Of a DNA stretch of 64,000 bases, positions 1 through 8,478 are shown piece after piece. The notes beneath the pieces are model-generated. The model made no database searches, had not been told where the DNA came from, and saw only the letters and a list, made by a program, of their open reading frames with translations. A program made the translations under genes and the position numbers. Numbering within the stretch: the first letter of the stretch is position 1; each line of letters starts with the position of its first letter. This DNA comes from Carpediemonas membranifera BICM (Eukaryota; Protista; Fornicata): NCBI GenBank assembly GCA_019828565.1, contig JAHDYR010000013.1, forward strand, positions 62,001 through 126,000, read 5' to 3'.

Positions 1-816
1 AACATGTCGCACATCATCACGGTAGCCCTGCCCGAGCCCCAACACCTGGCCGAGGTCGAGGGCAAGGGCTGGGCTGCCGCGGCGTACAGACTCAGCCTGG
101 GTCTGGACGGCGGGGCCACCGCCATCCAGCTCGAGTCCCGGCAGTTCAACACCAGGGCCGTCGCCGAGGGCTGGCTGGTGTCACTGGCCGGCAACCCCCT
201 CTACGTCCCGGCGGACGGCGTCTTCGACATCTCCGTCGAATCCTACTTCGCCCTCCCCGACGCCATCCGTGCCGAGCTCAAGGCCGTCATCGCCCCCGAG
301 CTCTCCTTCCACGGCCGGGCCGACCCCGCCGTCCCCGTCCACCCATACGTCGTCGGGGCCTGGCTCGGGGCCGCCTGGGACGACACCATGCCCGAGGACA
401 CCCCCGCCGCCGTCCTCGAGGCCATCGAGGAGCTCCTCCCCAACCGCGACCCTGTCGAGGCCATGCGTCCGAACGGCAAGCGCGTTCCCCCAGCCATCAA
501 GTACGGGCCCGCCGAGGCCCGGCGCCAGTGTCTGGCCGGCCTGGTCGACACCAACGGCTACCAGTCCGGCTCCAGGGGTCTGGTCGACGACGCCGCCTTC
601 ATGGCCCGCTCCTTGGGTCTGATAGTGACCAAGTCTGGCGAGATCACGGGCGACCTGACCCGCCTTCCTCTGCGGGTTGAGTCCAGTCGCCCCCAGCCTG
701 ACCACCACCGCCAGGCCTTCACGGTCGAGCGGCTGCCGGTGGACGACTACTACGGCTTCACCATCGACGGCAACAGACGGTTCGTCATCAACCACGAGAT
801 GGTCGTCACCCACAAC
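1..816 (+). mobile_element. Intein (C-terminal part) with degenerate LAGLIDADG homing endonuclease
   Basis: Block B-like NMSHIITV at 1-24, block C-like PYVVGAWLGAA, block E LAGLVDTNG, block H DAAFMARSLG, block F DYYGFTIDGNRRFV and block G VVTHN (Asn ends at 816), followed by Thr+1 at 817. Confidence 0.92.
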
Positions 817-2007
817 ACCGGCGCATTTGTGCTCCCGATGCTGGACAAGTTCATCGCCAACCCCGACCGCCCCAGCTTCTACTCGCTCGTGCTCGTCTCC
901 ACCAAGGAGCTCGCCGCCCAGATCGCTGGGGTCATCACCAGCGTCAGTAAGATCGTGGGGGAGCGGGTGAACGTCCTGACGCTGACCAGCGGTAAGCACC
1001 AGGGCAAGCCGTGCTTCATCGATCTCTCGGATAGGCCGCACTTTATCGTGGCGACGCCCGGCAAGCTGCTCGCTGAGTTCACAGGCCCCAACGGTGCCCT
1101 GATCAAGACGTACTTCAACAACCTGCAGTATCTGGTGCTCGACGAGGCTGACCAGCTTTTGAATAAGTCGTTCCTGGAGCAGATTCGGGAGATTATTTCC
1201 CAGATTCCGAGATCGGAGAACAGGGTGACCGCCCTCTTCAGCGCCACCATCGACGAGAAGGTTGCTCATCTGAGGAACATGGTCCTTGGCGAAGAGAAGT
1301 GGACGCTCGTCGAGGTCGACAAGGGCACCGTCGACACGCTGCGGCAGAGCAGGATTATGATCAGACGGAAGCACGAGGGCCTGCAGGATGTGATCCTCAT
1401 CCATCTCATGATGCTGAACGCCGGCCATAAGCACATCGTGTTCGTACCGACGAAGGAGGAGGCCGTCCGTGTGGCGCTGCTCGTCAACGCCTTCTGGGGC
1501 GAGGGCGCGTCCATGAAGGCCGTGCCTCTCTGCTCCCTGCTGGACAGAGACACGCGCATGGAGTACCTCAACCGCTTCGCCAACGGCACTGCCAATGTCC
1601 TGGTCGCGACGGACGTGGCCAGCAGAGGCCTCGACATCCCTTTCGTTGAGGTCGTCATCCAGTGCGACGTGCCCCTCAACCCCGAGCTGTACGTCCACAA
1701 GGTCGGCCGGACAGCGAGGGCGGGCAGGACGGGCAACGCCTTCCTGCTGGTGAAGGAGAGCCAGCTCGAGGACTTTGCCGTGCTGGAGCAGAGCTCGACC
1801 AAGCTCAATCTCAGGGAGAATCTCAAGCCCATGAAGATCTCAATAGATTCGATCCCCGCTGAGATTCAGAACAGGGTGAAGATCGCGGCAAAGATGGCCA
1901 AAGAAGCGGACGAGGAGCAGCAGACCACCGTCGTCAGCAAGGCCGTGGTTCATTACACCATGCGGGGCGTCAAGAGGGGGAAGCGTGTTCATAAGAAGAA
2001 GAAGTGA
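1..2007 (+). CDS. DDX47: DEAD-box RNA helicase (DDX47/Rrp3-like), intein-containing, 5'-truncated by window edge
   Basis: After the intein the frame reads TGAFVLPML..YSLVLVSTKELAAQI, VATPGKL, LVLDEAD, LFSAT, VATDVASRGLDIP, YVHKVGRTARAGR. The (GK)TGAF context resembles Rrp3/DDX47. The Q motif and GSGK are missing and must lie upstream of base 1. Confidence 0.8.
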   Translation, partial: NMSHIITVALPEPQHLAEVEGKGWAAAAYRLSLGLDGGATAIQLESRQFNTRAVAEGWLVSLAGNPLYVPADGVFDISVESYFALPDAIRAELKAVIAPELSFHGRADPAVPVHPYVVGAWLGAAWDDTMPEDTPAAVLEAIEELLPNRDPVEAMRPNGKRVPPAIKYGPAEARRQCLAGLVDTNGYQSGSRGLVDDAAFMARSLGLIVTKSGEITGDLTRLPLRVESSRPQPDHHRQAFTVERLPVDDYYGFTIDGNRRFVINHEMVVTHNTGAFVLPMLDKFIANPDRPSFYSLVLVSTKELAAQIAGVITSVSKIVGERVNVLTLTSGKHQGKPCFIDLSDRPHFIVATPGKLLAEFTGPNGALIKTYFNNLQYLVLDEADQLLNKSFLEQIREIISQIPRSENRVTALFSATIDEKVAHLRNMVLGEEKWTLVEVDKGTVDTLRQSRIMIRRKHEGLQDVILIHLMMLNAGHKHIVFVPTKEEAVRVALLVNAFWGEGASMKAVPLCSLLDRDTRMEYLNRFANGTANVLVATDVASRGLDIPFVEVVIQCDVPLNPELYVHKVGRTARAGRTGNAFLLVKESQLEDFAVLEQSSTKLNLRENLKPMKISIDSIPAEIQNRVKIAAKMAKEADEEQQTTVVSKAVVHYTMRGVKRGKRVHKKKK

Positions 2008-2271
2008 GTTAAATTATTGCGGATACGGACGTCATAAATGGTTGGGGTGGATCGATGAGCATCTCCGGCATACAATCTAGCTCCTTGATCTCGTTGCCCT
2101 ATTATTGCCAGTCCGGGGGTGCTGCCAGTGTGCTTACCCCATGGCATATCACATTATGATGCTGTGGGTCCAATTGCAGGCTGTACTTGACCCAGCTCGC
2201 TCTTGATCCGCTGAAGAGCGATTTGACGAGATCATTTCCCTGGCCACAAATCACTGTAGCCAGAAGTGTTG

Positions 2272-3828
2272 ATGGCCAGGCTTATCCACCTGCTCATTGC
2301 TCTCATGCTCGTCTCTTCCGTGGTTTGCACTGATAGCTTCCCCCATATCTTCGAGCTCAGCGCCCGTCCTTGGCTGTACCAGCTTGGCCTGAAGTATCAC
2401 AAGCACATGATGCTTGAGGACGTTCCCGACAGCGAGATCAAGTACTACGCTGATCGTGGCATCACCCACATCTACCTCCTTGGCGTGTGGAGCATCGGAG
2501 CCTATGGTTTGAACCATGACAGGACCGACGCCGGTCTCCTTGCTGACTATAAGAACATCCTGCCCGATTTCACCACTGCAGACATCATCGGCTCCCCATT
2601 CGCCGTCACGAAGTACACTATCAACCCTCAGATCGGCACAACCTCCGACCTCAAGAACTTCCGCGATCGTCTGAACTCCTTTGGGATGAAGCTCATCCTC
2701 GACTTCGTTCCCAACCACTCGGCCATCGATGCCCCCACCGCCACGTCCAGCATCGACCTGTACGTCCACAACACCCCCTCCCAGTCGGCCCCCTTCGACC
2801 GCTCGATCATGACAGAGAGCGGCATCTACTACGGCAAGGACAAGTACGGCTACGTCTGGACAGACACCGCTCAGTTCAACTACTTCAACGCCGACACTGT
2901 CAAGGCCCGCACGGCCGACCTGTTCGCGGTTGCCGCCCTTGCTGACGGTATCCGCTGCGACATGGCGATGCTCGCCGTGAACGAGATCTTCAGCGGGATC
3001 TGGGGCTCGACCGTCTCCACTCGCGGATACACCCAGCCCTCCACTGAGTTCTGGCAGACTGCTATCGCTGCGATCAAGTCCCGCAACCCCGACACGATCT
3101 TCATGGCCGAGCAATACTGGGGCATGGGCGACAAGCTCCTCTCCCTCGGGTTCGACTACGTCTACGACAAGGAGGGACTTTACGACACTCTGTCTGGCCT
3201 CAGCGGCCGCGACGAGAGCTCCTACATCTGGGGCATCAAGAACTACGTGAAGAACACCCTCGCGAGCGGCTTCCTTGACCATGGCGCGCACTTTATCGCC
3301 AACCACGACCAGGACCGGGCTGTGTACCACTGGGGTGTCGACTGGCGCGCCGACCTCGCGGGCATGGTGACCTTCACCGTACCCGGCCTCCGCTTCCACT
3401 GGATGGGCCAGTGGGAGGGCTACAGGAACAAGCTCGACATCCACCTCCGCCGCCAGAAGACCGAGGCCGCCGACGAGGTGTGTGTGTCCTTCTACGACAA
3501 CTTCTTGCCCATCCTCCGCGACCACGAGGTGTTCCACGCCAAGGACGCCCGCATTGAGTACGTTGAGGGGTCCGACAACGACGCCTGGAAGATCCTCGCC
3601 CTCCGCATGGAGCACGCGTCCGAGGGTGTCCTCGTCGCCATCAACCTGTCCAAGGAGAGCGCCTCGGCCTCAATCCCCCTGCCCCACGTCTCCGGCGCCG
3701 GTAACGTTACCGTGAAGGAGCTCGTGAGTGGCACTGCATACTACAGAGACGCTGACACGCTGAGAAACCAGGGCTTGTTCGTCAAGGTCAACTCAAACTA
3801 CCTCCAGGTATTTTCATACCCAGTATAA
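2272..3828 (+). CDS. Secreted GH13 alpha-amylase family protein
   Basis: Signal peptide; GH13 motifs LDFVPNH, DGIRCDMAM (nucleophile), FMAEQYW (acid/base), FIANHD. Confidence 0.88.
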   Translation: MARLIHLLIALMLVSSVVCTDSFPHIFELSARPWLYQLGLKYHKHMMLEDVPDSEIKYYADRGITHIYLLGVWSIGAYGLNHDRTDAGLLADYKNILPDFTTADIIGSPFAVTKYTINPQIGTTSDLKNFRDRLNSFGMKLILDFVPNHSAIDAPTATSSIDLYVHNTPSQSAPFDRSIMTESGIYYGKDKYGYVWTDTAQFNYFNADTVKARTADLFAVAALADGIRCDMAMLAVNEIFSGIWGSTVSTRGYTQPSTEFWQTAIAAIKSRNPDTIFMAEQYWGMGDKLLSLGFDYVYDKEGLYDTLSGLSGRDESSYIWGIKNYVKNTLASGFLDHGAHFIANHDQDRAVYHWGVDWRADLAGMVTFTVPGLRFHWMGQWEGYRNKLDIHLRRQKTEAADEVCVSFYDNFLPILRDHEVFHAKDARIEYVEGSDNDAWKILALRMEHASEGVLVAINLSKESASASIPLPHVSGAGNVTVKELVSGTAYYRDADTLRNQGLFVKVNSNYLQVFSYPV

Positions 3829-3916
3829 ATAGTATTGTGGCCATCTCGGGGCGGCGTGATGCCTCCGGCTCCCCTCAGCTGAGGCTCGCGATCGGCGACT
3901 GTGGCGGAGTCAGAAT

Positions 3917-4330
3917 ATGCCCGGACCATTTCCTCTTCGTACGCCACGCCCAGAGTTCGGAAATGTGTCCCAAAGAATCCCGTTAGGTCTCACAGACATG
4001 CAAACGCCAGGGTTTAACCAAGCTCTGAAGACACCGTTCCAAACGAACCACCAAGCGACCCAAAAGCCGGTTGTAGAGGTTGAAAAGCCAAAAACAGAAC
4101 CGGACTATATTCCCGGTGCACCTATGAACGTCCAATATGATCATCCAGCCTTTATCCCTGATCCCTGGGGCGGAGAAGAGACTTTGGCGCGAATTCGCTC
4201 GATCCTCCATGACGACGACTCCGACGCCCGTGTGCCAGGCCCCGATGACGAGGATACGAAGCAGTTCGAGCGGGACACCGAGGAGCTCTACCGCGAGGCC
4301 CTGGTCGTGTCCCGGGGCAGGCACCAGTAG
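3917..4330 (+). CDS. Small disordered protein with D-box-like motifs
   Basis: 137 aa ORF with RPEFGNVSQ and RIPLG near the N-terminus and an acidic C-terminus. Confidence 0.5.
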   Translation: MPGPFPLRTPRPEFGNVSQRIPLGLTDMQTPGFNQALKTPFQTNHQATQKPVVEVEKPKTEPDYIPGAPMNVQYDHPAFIPDPWGGEETLARIRSILHDDDSDARVPGPDDEDTKQFERDTEELYREALVVSRGRHQ

Positions 4331-4464
4331 TCCTGAGGGGGCGGCACATCTTAAGCACATCTTAATCCTTTATAAAGCAGGCAATCTCCAGTCAGCATGG
4401 CAGCGCCAGCCCCCGGATGTGTCAACGACGGTCTTCGTAGAATTCGGGCAATTCCGGAACAAAC

Positions 4465-5244
4465 ATGCTTGGATTGATACCCTGGCGCAATAGAGGCACT
4501 GTAGACATTGCCTCCATCATTGGGCCATCAGTAGATCTCTCTTTAGGGCTTGCGGGCATCCACGAGCTTTCCTGCGCTGTTGGCCTTGCTGCCACGAGCG
4601 TCTGGGAAACCAAGAAGCACAACTACCTTGCCAAGCACTTAGACGACCTTCATTACAACCTTGGCGTGAGTGCAAACTTCCACAAGCATGAGAGGGAGCA
4701 TAAGGAGGAGATTCCCCGACCCCCCTCCCGCTGGTGGCACTTCGGCCGCAAGCAGCAAGCTCACGACGAAGAGGACGAGGAGCCCACCACAGAGGCCCTT
4801 ATAGAGAGTGTAGAGAAGCTCATTGCCGAGCTGGAGGCCCAAGGTCTGAAGCCAGTGCCGAGTGGCGACCTGCACAGGATCATGGGCGGCCGCACCAGAG
4901 CACAGCTCGTCAGCGGCATAGCAGTGGCCAGCAGGGTGCGTATCCTGCTCGACACCGCGCTTGACTCTGCCAGGGGGGACTACAGTGCCTGCTGCGAGGC
5001 TCTGGACGCCGCCCGGGCCACTGACAGGGCCTACGTAGCCATACGGCAGAAGGTCACTGTGGTCACCCGCAGCCCGATCAGGGGGAAGATGGGGGCGGGG
5101 CTGCTGTCCCGGGTGGGCACTCTCGAGGCCCAGGTGCCTGTGCTTGAGGACCGCATGGCGAGGATTGAGGCGCTGCAGCGGTACATGCAGCGGGCCACGG
5201 ATGCCCTGGAGCTGTGTGTGACCCTGGTGGACTCTAAACGGTGA
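4465..5244 (+). CDS. Hypothetical protein
   Basis: 259 aa ORF with host-like codon usage and GTAAA shortly after the stop; start uncertain. Confidence 0.6.
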   Translation: MLGLIPWRNRGTVDIASIIGPSVDLSLGLAGIHELSCAVGLAATSVWETKKHNYLAKHLDDLHYNLGVSANFHKHEREHKEEIPRPPSRWWHFGRKQQAHDEEDEEPTTEALIESVEKLIAELEAQGLKPVPSGDLHRIMGGRTRAQLVSGIAVASRVRILLDTALDSARGDYSACCEALDAARATDRAYVAIRQKVTVVTRSPIRGKMGAGLLSRVGTLEAQVPVLEDRMARIEALQRYMQRATDALELCVTLVDSKR

Positions 5245-5452
5245 GATAAATGTAAATGTCGGTATGGAGGAGGGGGTTTATGGTCTGAGGTCTGCTACTC
5301 TCTACAGTCGCAGTGTCCGGCAGTCCGGCAAGGGGCGAGCATATTTATGAATTTACTCGATTGTATGTAACATGATGTGATTCCGCGCTTCAACCAGTTT
5401 TCATGGGTCGATATGTAACACGTAAAGGGACATTCTAACGAGACTGCTGGCG

Positions 5453-5677
5453 ATGTTCTTCAACCTCTCCGACCTGTTGATTGCAATCACCCTGTTTGTG
5501 AATGCAGGTGCGATCCTCAACTTCAAATTCATGAGACAGCGCGCCATGCGCAGCGAGGATAGCGTGATTGCGAAGATCCTCAATTTCTTCCACGTTCTCC
5601 ACTACTTGAGAGTTGTTATCCTCTTCTGGAATGTTCTAATGGTCTTTATATTGCTTGTCGTGTTCGTGATATTCTGA
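5453..5677 (+). CDS. SMIM7: Small integral membrane protein 7-like
   Basis: TLFVNAGAILNFKF and LHYLRVVILFWNVLM match remembered SMIM7 family motifs; two hydrophobic segments. Confidence 0.8.
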   Translation: MFFNLSDLLIAITLFVNAGAILNFKFMRQRAMRSEDSVIAKILNFFHVLHYLRVVILFWNVLMVFILLVVFVIF

Positions 5678-6113
5678 AGCTGTCATCCTCGATCCCTCCA
5701 CCCAATCGACGACCAATGGACTGAAACATCATCCGCCGCGCATGTCGTAGGCCATCCAGACCACAATGCTTGTATCCGGCAGCCGTCACTGTACGTCATT
5801 GAATCCAGTCCTCCACACGCCTCCACGAGATCCCGGTGTAGCAGGCGTCGGTGCGCCGGGCATACAAGATGGACACAACGAAGTATAAGCATCATGGACG
5901 GTTTGCCGTACGGTTTCTCGTGATGTGTGGTGCAGGTGACGCTGGTCAGATCATGTTGGCAGCTGTGGCCCTAATGGCAGAAGGGTTACACATATTGCCC
6001 GCTCGTGAGCTCCCTGTATGCTGTAGTCGTTTCTACTAATGAGCTTGTCGTCAGGGCTTCGTTAAATTCCTGCTTAAATTTGTCTGAACGAAACGATCAC
6101 CGACGCAGTGTCA

Positions 6114-8306
6114 ATGCAAAAGCCGTTGGCCGCGCCAATTTTTGAGCTAGAAGAACCCGCAGTTCCACAACAAGCAAGCGCACATGTTCCACAGCCGCAG
6201 CCGATGGCTGACATGTCCACACTGGGCTACACCTCCAGAGTAGAGATCAAATCATGCGGTGACGCTCTGAGATCCACATGTGAGTCCATAGTTTCCTCTC
6301 CTGCTGTCTTTGATCGTTGGAGTATCCCCTTTGGCGTCGTTTGCCAGCCCCTTGCTGAGTATGAGAACTTGTCGGTCGTTGACTTCGGCCCAACGAAACC
6401 CATTCGCTGCCTCGAGTGCCGCAGCTACATCTCCTGCTATAACCAGGTAGTCTCCCAGAATCGCCAGTGGCGGTGCCTCATGTGCGGCCGAGTGAACGGC
6501 TTCCCCGACGGGTACCAGCCCAGTGAGGCCCACCCTGAACTGTCTGAACCCGTTTATGAGATCGAAGCGCCTTCTGAGTACACATCTCGCCCACCCCCGC
6601 CCGCAGCCTTCTGTTTTGTGTTCGACTGCAGCGATCATGCGGTCGCCACAGGCGTCCTCTCTTCATCGTGCAAGGCGGCCGCCCATTCCCTGAAGCACCT
6701 CCGCCGCCACCCAGGGGCACGCGTGTCCATCCTCACATTTGACGAATCAGTCACTTTCTGGCAGGTTACAGGCGGCACCCCCCAGGAGGTTGTCATCCCA
6801 CTGGTTGCCGGGGAGCCGTTCATCCCAACACCAAATGGCCTCGTAATCGACCTTAAGGACCACTACGAGAAGGTCGAACGGCTCCTCCACGCCCTCCCCG
6901 ACCGCTACAGCCAGAGATCAGCCCCGCCAGGAGCCCTGGGCGCCGCCCTCCTCGCCTCATGCAAGCTAATCGCGAGTACGGGCGGTAAAGTGAGTGCATT
7001 CGCCGCCACTCTGCCCACCATCGGGCAGGGTCGGCTGACCGACCGGGCTCGGGCAAACAAGCTCGACGTCGAGTCCAAGGGTGTATTCACACCAGCCGGG
7101 GAGTTCTACCGAGCCCTCGCGATCGAGGCGACGCAGACCCACACCAGCGTCGATCTCTACTGTATGGCCTCTGCATACATGGACGTGGCGACACTCTCAG
7201 CCCTGCCTCGGCTGACGGGCGGAGACCTTAGCTACTATCCGGGGTTCAGAGACGCGAGAGACGGGGTCAAGCTCAGCGCTGACCTCGAAGCCAAGCTCTC
7301 GAGTGAGCTGGGGCTCGAGGCTGTTTTCAGGGCAAGGGCGTCTAACGGGCTGGAGATCTCGCGGTACTATGGCAACTTCTTCATTCGGCAGGCCAACCTG
7401 CTCTCACTGTGCAACGTTGACACGAGCAGCACTATCGGTATCGAGATGAAGCTCCTAACGACACAAGATAGGCCCGAGGCCTTCATACAGACGGCACTGC
7501 TCTACAGCACGCCGGGGATGAAACGGCGGTGCAGGGTAGCCACACTGCCCGTGATGACGACGCCGAAGATTGGGGACATGTTCGCCACAGCCTCACTGGA
7601 GACGACCGTCGCCCTCATGGCGAAGAAGGCTGCCATGGCGCTGACAGACGGGGGGAAGATCGAGGACGTTCGCCGCACAGTTCATCAGAGTACTGTCGCC
7701 GGGCTCGCGGAGTTCCGGTCCCTGGAGAACGTCGCCCCCGGCAGCATGGTCCTCCCCGAGAAACTCCGTCTGCTCCCGCTGCTCACGCTGGCCCTGCTGA
7801 AGACCCACCCCCTTCGAATGACAGAGACGACGACGTGGGATCACAGGGCATACGTGCTCTCGCGGCTGCTGCGGGACAACAGGGATGCCATCAGGTTCAC
7901 ACTATACCCACGGTGTTACGCGGTGTCCTGGGGCGACGAGAAGCCATTCGCCATCCAGAGGCTGTTGTACACGAACCTCAGCCCTACCGGCGTCTACGTG
8001 GCCGAGGACCTGCATGCAGTTTATGTCTGGGTCGGTCGTGACGTCGCCCCGGAGGTCAGGCTCAGCCTCCTCCCTTCCACACAGGCCCTGACCCTCCGCA
8101 GTGACACTCCCCACGCCGCCAGGGTGCTTGAGACAGTCCGGCTGGTGATGCTGAGGCGGCACACGACGCTGCCGTACTTTGTCGTTCACCAGGGAGACCC
8201 GACTGAGCGGCAGTTTATGGACCTCATGATCGACGGGGCCGTGCACGGTCAGGCGTACCAGGGATACCTCAATGGGCTCCATAATGAGGTTACCCGGCAT
8301 GTATAG
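6114..8306 (+). CDS. SEC24: COPII coat protein Sec24
   Basis: Zinc finger RCLECRSYI..WRCLMC, trunk FVFDCS, EAVFRARAS, IQTALLYS, LRLLPLLTLALLK and a gelsolin-like C-terminus. Confidence 0.93.
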   Translation: MQKPLAAPIFELEEPAVPQQASAHVPQPQPMADMSTLGYTSRVEIKSCGDALRSTCESIVSSPAVFDRWSIPFGVVCQPLAEYENLSVVDFGPTKPIRCLECRSYISCYNQVVSQNRQWRCLMCGRVNGFPDGYQPSEAHPELSEPVYEIEAPSEYTSRPPPPAAFCFVFDCSDHAVATGVLSSSCKAAAHSLKHLRRHPGARVSILTFDESVTFWQVTGGTPQEVVIPLVAGEPFIPTPNGLVIDLKDHYEKVERLLHALPDRYSQRSAPPGALGAALLASCKLIASTGGKVSAFAATLPTIGQGRLTDRARANKLDVESKGVFTPAGEFYRALAIEATQTHTSVDLYCMASAYMDVATLSALPRLTGGDLSYYPGFRDARDGVKLSADLEAKLSSELGLEAVFRARASNGLEISRYYGNFFIRQANLLSLCNVDTSSTIGIEMKLLTTQDRPEAFIQTALLYSTPGMKRRCRVATLPVMTTPKIGDMFATASLETTVALMAKKAAMALTDGGKIEDVRRTVHQSTVAGLAEFRSLENVAPGSMVLPEKLRLLPLLTLALLKTHPLRMTETTTWDHRAYVLSRLLRDNRDAIRFTLYPRCYAVSWGDEKPFAIQRLLYTNLSPTGVYVAEDLHAVYVWVGRDVAPEVRLSLLPSTQALTLRSDTPHAARVLETVRLVMLRRHTTLPYFVVHQGDPTERQFMDLMIDGAVHGQAYQGYLNGLHNEVTRHV

Positions 8307-8478
8307 GGTGTAGCATGACAGTAAACTGTTCATTGGAAAAATGGGTGCGCGATGGATGAAGCAAGATGGAACGCTCGACGTGATGTCCCGCAAATGCAAA
8401 CCGGATTATGTCTGTGAAGAACAGGCTCTGAGGACATCGGGGAGGCTGCACAAGTCAGCGTGAGGACGTCGGCGTGGC

